Source: an uncultured Methanosarcinales archaeon
Lineage (GTDB): Archaea > Nanobdellota > Nanobdellia > Woesearchaeales > 21-14-0-10-32-9
Direction of reading: 5' to 3'
Assembly: GCA_964548665.1 (NCBI GenBank)
Contig: CAZJQL010000003.1
Span: 17,194-81,193, forward strand
DNA: 64,000 nt
The position numbers and the translations under genes were made by a program. The notes beneath the pieces were generated by a model. It was given only the letters and a program-made list of their open reading frames with translations, had not been told where the DNA came from and made no database searches. Of this stretch, positions 37,281 to 44,865 are shown in pieces (the first letter of the stretch is position 1; each line of letters begins with the position of its first letter).

Positions 37281-37939
37281 AGTGAAAACACCGATCCTGG
37301 TTCATAATCTTTAATTTCTCCATTAACAAATATTTTTACTTCTTCCGAACCTAAAATTTTAAAATTAGAGCCATTAAAAAAAATACCTGATTTTTCTGGT
37401 ATTGCTAAAACGCCAACATATCTTTTTTTAGAATAATCCTCTATAAATCCATTTAATTCATTTTTATAATGTGGCTTTATGCAAAAATCTATTAATCCAA
37501 GACCCGAAAAATTGTTTATGGACAAAGCGTTTGAATCTGTGCTTGTATCTATTCTTTTTCCCAGAATTACTGCGCCTGCACTTCCTCCATAGACTATTCC
37601 GCCCGACATCAAGAATTTTTTTAGTAAGGGATAAAAGCCAGATGTTAAGAGTTCATTTTGCAAAACATAAGTGTTGCCACCACCTATATAGATAGCACCA
37701 AAATTTAATATTTTTTCTTCAGTTAACAAATTTAAATCATCTGCAACTGTAATTAAAAAATTCCTATCTCCCACTATTCCTCTAAACCACTCCAAACATT
37801 TATCATAAGGAATTTTCCCCTTCATAGCAACAGGCACATAAAGAATCTTGTTTTTTTCTTTTGGAATTAAGTTAAAAAAGAAATCATCTACTAATTGACT
37901 GTCATTCTTTGATCCTCCACCGGCCAATATAACATTCAT
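37277..37939 (-). CDS. Peptidase S51 family (dipeptidase E / cyanophycinase-like)
   Basis: IYIGGGNTYVLQNELLTSGFYPLLKKFLMSGGIVYGGSAGAVILG...IKPHY matches the PepE pattern, including the nucleophile Ser in GGSAGA and the His in PHY. Confidence 0.7.
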   Translation of the reverse strand: MNVILAGGGSKNDSQLVDDFFFNLIPKEKNKILYVPVAMKGKIPYDKCLEWFRGIVGDRNFLITVADDLNLLTEEKILNFGAIYIGGGNTYVLQNELLTSGFYPLLKKFLMSGGIVYGGSAGAVILGKRIDTSTDSNALSINNFSGLGLIDFCIKPHYKNELNGFIEDYSKKRYVGVLAIPEKSGIFFNGSNFKILGSEEVKIFVNGEIKDYEPGSVFSL

Positions 37940-37970
37940 AAACAGTTACAATAAGTATTAATTTATAAAA

Positions 37971-38564
37971 TTATTTATTTTTAATGAACTCTGACAATTT
38001 GCCATAAACAACCTTTGGATCGTAATTTATTTCAGCAAGCATACTAGAAACAACTTTTTCATCTTCCCTAAAATTTCTAAAAAAATCAAATAAAGGAACT
38101 GCAAACTTTCTATCAAACCAAATAGGTTCCCTTTTTGACTGTACTTCATTCGCCCTATTCAGGAATACCTCGTAATTATTATCAAATACAATTCTATAAT
38201 CTGGTTTTATTAATTCGTTATTTTTATTCAAATCAAATATTTCTTTAGAAAGATATGAGTATGTATCTATACCAGAAAAAGAAGAATAAGCATAAGAAAA
38301 AGCCATAACTGATAAATAATCTCTTTCTACAAAAACAAGTTCATTTAATTTTTTCGCATTCGCCATTTTTTCAATAGCTACATCGAGAAACCATCTTTCG
38401 TTTTTTCTTAATTCTGTGAAATTGGTGCCTAAGTCAGGAGATTCTTCATATATTTTTTTTAATTCGACATCTGTAGGAAAAAACACATACTTTTTTTGTG
38501 AAAGTATGAACTTCTTAAAATGTGTTTTGCCGGCGGCTCTGCTTCCTTCCAAACTTATTATCAT
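37971..38564 (-). CDS. P-loop nucleoside/nucleotide-kinase-like protein (paralogue of 42273-42905)
   Basis: Walker A in IISLEGSRAAGKT, followed by ERWFLD and RDYLSVMAFSYAY segments shared with the other kinase-like gene. The ATG overlaps the stop of the aaRS-like gene (TAATG). Confidence 0.55.
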   Translation of the reverse strand: MIISLEGSRAAGKTHFKKFILSQKKYVFFPTDVELKKIYEESPDLGTNFTELRKNERWFLDVAIEKMANAKKLNELVFVERDYLSVMAFSYAYSSFSGIDTYSYLSKEIFDLNKNNELIKPDYRIVFDNNYEVFLNRANEVQSKREPIWFDRKFAVPLFDFFRNFREDEKVVSSMLAEINYDPKVVYGKLSEFIKNK

Positions 38565-39784
38565 TACCTATACCTCACACTATTAAAAACAACATCAGCA
38601 ATACTTTCTTTTGATAATAAAGCCATAGTAAGACGATCTATGCCAACACCCATTCCGGAATTTGGAATAATTCCCTCTAAAACTGAACATAAATATGGTT
38701 TAAATTCATCGACGTTTAACATCGCATCTTTCATATTAAAAAATATTTTATCAGGATCTGTTTCTTTAACCGAGCCATCAGCAAGTTGACCCAAATCCAA
38801 GTATCTTAATTGTGCACTTTCATTTACAGAATTTCCTGATTTTAGCTGAAATTTCTTTTTATAAAAATCATTATGCCCTTTACTAGGAGTATTTTTTATC
38901 CAAAATAATTTTCCAAAATTATTTGATAGTAAATCTTTATATTTATTAGATATATGAGAAACACCTTCACCAAAACTTATATCTTCTTTTTTATTAGATA
39001 ATAACTTTATCAATTCTTCGTATGTAATTACGTTTATATTACTCAAATCTTTAAATAAATCAAGGGCATCAATTCCAACGTTAATTGCAGCAGACTCTAT
39101 AACTTTGTTAGATCTCATAATAATATCATCAATATTTTCATAAGCTACACTAAAATCTAACATCTGTATTTCAGATATATGTGTGGTTGATTTTGATTTT
39201 GTTCCTCTAAAAACTTCTCCAAATTCAAATATTCTTTCTAAACCAGAAGAATGGATGATTTGATGGTATAACAAGTTACTTATAGTCAACCACCTTTGAT
39301 CTTTAAAATATTTGACTGAAAAAACATCTTCATAGTTATCAATCATAGTAGACACTATTTTTGGACTTTTTATTTCAATAAAGTTATTTTGATAAAAATA
39401 GTTTCTTATTGTCTCCAATAGTTTTGATTTATTTATTAAATTATCTCTCAGATTCTTGTCTATAAACTTTTCTTTATAATAAATATTTTCTTTATCATTT
39501 CTATTTATTACACAAATCTCAGATGCATTAATTTCATAACCCTTTATCCCACATTTAACAGCATCATTTTTTGTAATAATCCCCTTAATATGTATTACTT
39601 GATTTTTTTTAATATCTTCATTAATTTCTGTTTTGTCAAAAACAGCTTGAATTTCAAATAAGCCTTTATCTAATATCAAAAAATTAAGTTTTTTTCCTAA
39701 AGATTTAATTCCAACTACTTTTGCATACATATCTATTTCTTTTCCTACACAATCCTCGTTATTATTTATTAGTTCATTTATCAT
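38564..39784 (-). CDS. Class IIb aminoacyl-tRNA synthetase paralogue (AspRS/AsnRS-like, degenerate active-site motifs)
   Basis: It aligns by eye along its length to the canonical AspRS at 43014. The OB anticodon-binding domain matches (GKEIDMYAKVVGIKSLGKKLNFLILDKGLFEIQAVF vs NQEIRVKGRIEDKRNLGGLGFLTVRDLKGTFQVI). Motif 1 region: FIEIKSPKIVS vs FTQIFTSKIVS. Motif 2: GLERIFEFGEVFRGTKSKSTTHISEIQMLDFSVAY vs GLERVFEIGHVYRAEEHDTPRHMNEYVSLDYEMGF. Motif 3: GMGVGIDRLTMALL vs GGLAIGLERMTAKIL. Confidence 0.75.
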   Translation of the reverse strand: MINELINNNEDCVGKEIDMYAKVVGIKSLGKKLNFLILDKGLFEIQAVFDKTEINEDIKKNQVIHIKGIITKNDAVKCGIKGYEINASEICVINRNDKENIYYKEKFIDKNLRDNLINKSKLLETIRNYFYQNNFIEIKSPKIVSTMIDNYEDVFSVKYFKDQRWLTISNLLYHQIIHSSGLERIFEFGEVFRGTKSKSTTHISEIQMLDFSVAYENIDDIIMRSNKVIESAAINVGIDALDLFKDLSNINVITYEELIKLLSNKKEDISFGEGVSHISNKYKDLLSNNFGKLFWIKNTPSKGHNDFYKKKFQLKSGNSVNESAQLRYLDLGQLADGSVKETDPDKIFFNMKDAMLNVDEFKPYLCSVLEGIIPNSGMGVGIDRLTMALLSKESIADVVFNSVRYR

Positions 39785-40700
39785 TTTTATAAATCATATT
39801 TGGATATGTTATACACTCAGTAGGAGGACATGGACATGGTGCTTCGAATTCCGAATTAAATATACCTTTTTTGTAATCTCCCAGTACACTTCGTGAATAA
39901 ATGCAAGGAACAATTTCTCCATTAGCAAGAACCGTTACGAAATTTTTTCCTGCAGCACACTGTAATTCGCCATATTCGCTGATTAAAGGATCTTTACCCT
40001 GTAAATAATAATCTCTTTGTATTTTAATAAAATCATCATCTACATCAACATTAATAAAAATTTCTTTTAGTTGCTCTCTAGTAGGAAGTTCGAATTTTTT
40101 AGAATCGACATTATTGTAATACTCTGATTTTGTAGCAGGTCTAAAAGTAAACGCCGCCCCATATTGATTGGCTATATTTTTGACATGATTAATTTGATAT
40201 GAATTTGCATTTAGCTTTTGCAATGTCATGGAAACTATACTATTTATGGAAGGTATTTTTATTTCTGAAGTTCTTTCAAGAGTTTTTAAAGTTTTATCAT
40301 ATATATCCGATCCTCTGATAAGATTGTGCATTTCTCTGTTCCCATCTATTGAAATACTGACGCCCAAATACTTGACTAGAGGTGCTATTTCTTGAACAAA
40401 ATTTATTAATCTATCAGGCATAGTCCCATTATGATTTATAAAAAAATATTTTAAATTAGGAAGTTTTTTAATAGCTTCTTTAGCCAGTTCATTTATGTTT
40501 TTAGTGAGAAATGGTTCTCCTCCTGAAAAACTTATATCTTCTATTTCTGAAAATTCATTTTTAGATAATAATGAAGATATTTTATCAATATCCAAATAAT
40601 CGGAATCTTTTATTTGCCAAATGTCACAAGAAGTACATCTGCTGTTACAACTAGAATTAACCAACATATTTAACGATTTAATCAATAAATTCGCCCCCAA
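39774..40700 (-). CDS. Radical SAM enzyme with a SPASM/twitch-like C-terminal Cys-rich domain
   Basis: CxxxCxxC in NSSCNSRCTSCDIW and the SAM-binding SGGEPFL. The C-terminus has CAAGKNFVTVLANGEIVPC followed by CPCPPTEC (auxiliary cluster-type cysteines). It overlaps both neighbours. Confidence 0.75.
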   Translation of the reverse strand: MGANLLIKSLNMLVNSSCNSRCTSCDIWQIKDSDYLDIDKISSLLSKNEFSEIEDISFSGGEPFLTKNINELAKEAIKKLPNLKYFFINHNGTMPDRLINFVQEIAPLVKYLGVSISIDGNREMHNLIRGSDIYDKTLKTLERTSEIKIPSINSIVSMTLQKLNANSYQINHVKNIANQYGAAFTFRPATKSEYYNNVDSKKFELPTREQLKEIFINVDVDDDFIKIQRDYYLQGKDPLISEYGELQCAAGKNFVTVLANGEIVPCIYSRSVLGDYKKGIFNSEFEAPCPCPPTECITYPNMIYKNDK

Positions 40701-42276
40701 TATATTTTGTTAGTTTGTATAATGGAGACAGTTTTATGACTGTATTCTTAAAATATTTTTTAGTATTTTCATCTAAATGCGTAATTCCTTCTTCTAAGTA
40801 ATTCCTATCAAACATTTTCACAACCCAAGGAAGTTTATTTTTCATCAAATTTTCTAAGTTTTCAAAATCATTCATTTTGATTTGTTTTGGTAGAAATGAA
40901 AGCTCTCTTTTTTTATCCAACTCCGACTTTTGTATAAACATAAGACTTTCAGATATATGCTTGGCTAATTCTCTCAAATCTTTTCCTTTAACATTTAAAG
41001 CAGGAAAATGAGATAATTGATATCTGCAAAATCCAAAAGGCGATGATCCTGCCTGCGCTTGAACACTCTCATTATCCCACCATATTGAGTTATAAACAGA
41101 AACATTAGGTATTCCTAAATAATTAGCAGAGTGTGCAATAGATGTGTCGGTAGTTAGAAAAGCAGCACCATTTTTTCTTGTGAAATCATTCATTAATTCA
41201 GATATATCAGAATAATAATTTATACTGACAGAACTCATTTCTCCAGAATTTTTCATTATATCTAAGAAATCTAAGATCCAATTTGTATGATCTACATTCC
41301 TGTGATAACCACCCACAATAGTAAATGACGTATTTTTATTTTTTTCTTTAATATTTTTATGTACATGAAATACAAGTTCAGGATCTAAAAACCTATATGT
41401 GCTATTTGCAAAAGGATTTATGAAAAAAACATCACTATCTCTTTCTACAATATTTTTGTTTTTTTCAGTCTTTGTAATGTTTAGAAATGGTTCCAGACAA
41501 TCATCCATATAATCCTCTATATTTTTCGATCTTAACAGTGGATCTTCTTGACTGAAATGAAACACATTTTTTTCTCCATCTTCAATAGATATAATAATAT
41601 TTCTTCCGGGAATTGATATAGACACTTTTTCCTTATTTAAATTATTTATCAAGTTCATTGTTTTTTCCCAGTGCGTATCTATTAAATCAGGAATGATGAT
41701 AACATCTCCTTCACACACATTGTTAATTATTTTTTCTACAGACTTTTCATAAACTTTGTGTGACGTTACAAGATGGTTGATTTGGGATGAATATATTTCT
41801 ATATCAAACGTATTCAGCGAATCTTTGAAAGCATCCAGAAAATATAATCCTATATAAGAATCTCCTATAAAATCATAAGGATCTACGTAAATTAATTTTT
41901 TATTTTTTGAAAGTTTATTATTAACTATATTTCTGAATTCGTCAATTGATTTAATCTCTTTATATGTGTTGGATACTTCTTCGAGTTCATTCCTTTGTTC
42001 AGTTCTTATTGATTCTCCTCTTGTTATTATTTTGATTTTTTGATTATTGGGAGTTATAAGTTCATTAAGTTCTATCGTTTTAAGAGGAAATGGGAACCCT
42101 ATCTGAATTGAAGAAGTTCCTTCTTCCCCGTGTGCAAAATATATTAACAAATCTCTATTAATTTCTTTTAGTGTGTAAACTTTATTTTTTTTTAGAGATT
42201 GTATGATCATATCAGATAAGTTTTCAGAAGATATTTTATCCATGATTGATTTTTTATCTATATCATAATTTTTCAT
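40678..42276 (-). CDS. Glycosyltransferase family 9 (heptosyltransferase)-like protein with a ~115-aa N-terminal extension
   Basis: KLIYVDPYDFIGDSYIGLYFLDAFKDSL aligns to the GT9 N-terminal lGD motif. FTIVGGYH...ISELMNDFTRKNGAAFLTTDTSIAHSANYLGIPNVSVYN aligns to the GT9 C-terminal nDSG..HlAaAlG.P.v.lfG. Recognition is from memory of the family pattern. Confidence 0.5.
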   Translation of the reverse strand: MKNYDIDKKSIMDKISSENLSDMIIQSLKKNKVYTLKEINRDLLIYFAHGEEGTSSIQIGFPFPLKTIELNELITPNNQKIKIITRGESIRTEQRNELEEVSNTYKEIKSIDEFRNIVNNKLSKNKKLIYVDPYDFIGDSYIGLYFLDAFKDSLNTFDIEIYSSQINHLVTSHKVYEKSVEKIINNVCEGDVIIIPDLIDTHWEKTMNLINNLNKEKVSISIPGRNIIISIEDGEKNVFHFSQEDPLLRSKNIEDYMDDCLEPFLNITKTEKNKNIVERDSDVFFINPFANSTYRFLDPELVFHVHKNIKEKNKNTSFTIVGGYHRNVDHTNWILDFLDIMKNSGEMSSVSINYYSDISELMNDFTRKNGAAFLTTDTSIAHSANYLGIPNVSVYNSIWWDNESVQAQAGSSPFGFCRYQLSHFPALNVKGKDLRELAKHISESLMFIQKSELDKKRELSFLPKQIKMNDFENLENLMKNKLPWVVKMFDRNYLEEGITHLDENTKKYFKNTVIKLSPLYKLTKYIGGEFID

Positions 42277-42905
42277 AAAAGCACCTCTGTGTTAATTATT
42301 ATAGGAGAATATGGTGAAAACTTATCTTTTAAAAAATTTTTATCTTCTAATGAATTTGGAAAATCCACATCAACAAGCATAAATCCATGAATTTTAGATT
42401 GATTTTTATAGTATTCATTAATATATTTATAAAATTCTTCATCATAGGGTGCTTCCAAACAACTAGCTGTTTTTTCACCTCCAGATCTTTTTTTAATTCT
42501 CTGAATATAATTATTTGAAGAATATAGTGCGATTGTTTGTGGAAATATAAATGTTTTTCCTAGATTTTCTTCTATTGATTTTTTTACCCGCCATAAATTT
42601 CCAACACCATACTTTCTATGACGCGCATAAATGTATGACAGTGTTGAGAACAACAACCTGTTCGATAGTAAGTTTCTTGAATTTATTGCACAGTCATATC
42701 TTTGATATTCTTTCTGCAAAAACCATTCATCAGATTTTTCAATGTCTAATTCGTTCAAGCTAAATTTTGGCAATAGACTCAGAGAAGATATAATTTCAGT
42801 GATTTCTTTTTGCTCTTTGAATTTCGGATTCTGTTCTATTTGCCTTCTTATGAAGTATGATTTTCCAATTGCATTTTGTCCTTCAACTACGAACACATCA
42901 TTCAT
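42273..42905 (-). CDS. P-loop nucleoside/nucleotide-kinase-like protein (first gene of the operon; paralogue of 37971-38564)
   Basis: Walker A in VFVVEGQNAIGKS, with DEWFLQ and NRLLFSTLSYIYA segments parallel to the other kinase-like protein. The stop overlaps the next ATG (ATGA). Confidence 0.55.
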   Translation of the reverse strand: MNDVFVVEGQNAIGKSYFIRRQIEQNPKFKEQKEITEIISSLSLLPKFSLNELDIEKSDEWFLQKEYQRYDCAINSRNLLSNRLLFSTLSYIYARHRKYGVGNLWRVKKSIEENLGKTFIFPQTIALYSSNNYIQRIKKRSGGEKTASCLEAPYDEEFYKYINEYYKNQSKIHGFMLVDVDFPNSLEDKNFLKDKFSPYSPIIINTEVLL

Positions 42906-43013
42906 AATTAATAAACACGCAAATTATTTATAAAAGTTACCTTTTAGTAGTCGTAAACTTTACGGCATTACAATTTTGATAGGTAACATTTATAAATAAG
43001 TAACCATTATCCA

Positions 43014-44312
43014 ATGACTACGATGAAAAGAACATATTCAATAAACATTCCAGAACATGAAAACCAAGAAATTAGAGTTAAAGGAAGAATAGAAGACAAA
43101 AGGAATTTAGGAGGTCTTGGTTTTCTAACAGTAAGAGATTTAAAAGGCACATTCCAAGTAATTAGTGAAGATAAATCCCTTTTAGCTGATTCTAAAAAAA
43201 ATTCTTGGGTTGATTTAATTGGCGTTGTTAAAAAAACCGAACATACTACTCAAGGATATGAAATAGAATTAAAAAATATAGATGTTTTGGCTCAACCAAA
43301 GGAACCATACCCGATATCAATAAAACCATCGTCAAGTGAAAATCTAAACACTAAATTCGATTATAGAACAATATCAATTAGAAATCCCCACACATTAGAC
43401 ATATTTAGAGTTCAAGAAACAATCGCACAATGCTTTTCCAACTACTTAAAGAATCATGATTTTACACAAATATTTACATCCAAAATAGTTTCATTAGCTG
43501 CAGAAGGAGGCGCAAATTTATTCAAACTAGATTACTTTGGAAAAAGCGTATATTTAGCTCAAAGCCCACAACTATACAAACAAATAATGGTGGGTTCTGG
43601 CTTAGAAAGAGTTTTCGAAATAGGACATGTTTATAGAGCTGAAGAACATGATACCCCCCGACACATGAACGAATATGTAAGTCTTGACTATGAGATGGGA
43701 TTTATAGATTCTTTTAACGATATAATTGATCTAGAAGAAGGATTAATTCACCACATTTTGGAAGAAACCCATTCTAAACACGGAAATATTATCTCAAAAT
43801 ATACGAACGAGAAACCATCTTTCAAAAAAATACCAAGAATTCCCTTACTTGACATGAAAGAAATTCTTAAGAAAAACTACAATAAAGAATTTGAAGAAGG
43901 AAAAGATATTGATCCAGAAGGAGAAAGATTAGCTACAGAATATGTAAAAAAGAATTATGGTACTGATTTAGTATTCTTAACACACTATCCAACAAGCGCC
44001 AGGCCTTTTTACACAATGCCTAATTCTGAAAATCCTGCAGTTACAGATTCTTTTGATTTAGTATTTAGAGGTCTTGAAATCACTACAGGCGGACAAAGAA
44101 TGCATAATTACGACATGCTAACAAGCAACATGAAAAAATTAGGCATGCATATTGATGAAAAAGACGGATATTTGATGGTTTTTAAATATGGAATGCCACC
44201 TCACGGAGGCTTAGCTATCGGTTTAGAAAGAATGACTGCTAAAATTCTTGGCTTAAACAACGTAAAAGAAGCAAGTTTATTTCCCAGAGATAGAAAACGT
44301 TCTTCTCCATAA
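43014..44312 (+). CDS. aspS: Aspartyl-tRNA synthetase (archaeal type)
   Basis: OB domain, QSPQLYKQ, FRAEEHDTPRHMNEYVSLDYEM (motif 2), GGLAIGLERMTAKILGL (motif 3) and the C-terminal FPRD. 432 aa. Confidence 0.9.
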   Translation: MTTMKRTYSINIPEHENQEIRVKGRIEDKRNLGGLGFLTVRDLKGTFQVISEDKSLLADSKKNSWVDLIGVVKKTEHTTQGYEIELKNIDVLAQPKEPYPISIKPSSSENLNTKFDYRTISIRNPHTLDIFRVQETIAQCFSNYLKNHDFTQIFTSKIVSLAAEGGANLFKLDYFGKSVYLAQSPQLYKQIMVGSGLERVFEIGHVYRAEEHDTPRHMNEYVSLDYEMGFIDSFNDIIDLEEGLIHHILEETHSKHGNIISKYTNEKPSFKKIPRIPLLDMKEILKKNYNKEFEEGKDIDPEGERLATEYVKKNYGTDLVFLTHYPTSARPFYTMPNSENPAVTDSFDLVFRGLEITTGGQRMHNYDMLTSNMKKLGMHIDEKDGYLMVFKYGMPPHGGLAIGLERMTAKILGLNNVKEASLFPRDRKRSSP

Positions 44313-44381
44313 AAATATTATAAGTGCTGTCTCTCAGACATGACCTGTTGTAACTCTACGTCGCAGAGTCCATAAGTTTCT

Positions 44382-44831
44382 TCATAAAGTTTTTTTCTTC
44401 AATGTGGATGCCCAAAATGCTTCTTTTTTGTTTAAGTTTCTAATTAATTCAATTACTGGTTTTGGCTCTATATTTATGTTGTTTAGTTCGTCAATTCTTT
44501 TCCATTGAAATTCTAGTTCAGGTTCGTTTGATGATATGCTCTCAGGGTTTGCGTCGTTAAGTGAAACTAGAAAAAAATTTCCTATTTCATAATATTGTGT
44601 TCCTGTATTATTAATGAAACTATGCTCAATTGTTCCTAGAAATCTTATTATTGTTGCAGATTTATCTAGTTCTTCTTTAATTTCTCTAATAAGCGCATCT
44701 TCGTAGCCTTCTCCTATTTCTACTCTTCCACCTGGCAAAAAATAAGGAAGCTCGCCTTTTTTGTTAGCAATTAAGACTTCATCATCCTTAATAAAAACGC
44801 CTCTTGTAACAAACTGTCTAATGATAGTCAT
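44382..44831 (-). CDS. Nudix hydrolase
   Basis: Nudix box PGGRVEIGEGYEDALIREIKEELD. Confidence 0.8.
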   Translation of the reverse strand: MTIIRQFVTRGVFIKDDEVLIANKKGELPYFLPGGRVEIGEGYEDALIREIKEELDKSATIIRFLGTIEHSFINNTGTQYYEIGNFFLVSLNDANPESISSNEPELEFQWKRIDELNNINIEPKPVIELIRNLNKKEAFWASTLKKKTL

Positions 44832-44865
44832 TTAAAAAAGGAAGACTAATTGATTTATATGTTTT

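Noticed and set aside
33643-43013. Genomic island integrated at tRNA-Ala, which would explain the accessory cluster.
   Set aside because: No integrase, transposase or phage gene is present. I saw no direct repeat of the tRNA-Ala 3' half near the distal boundary (42906-43013). Composition looks similar to the rest of the window, and I could not compute it exactly.
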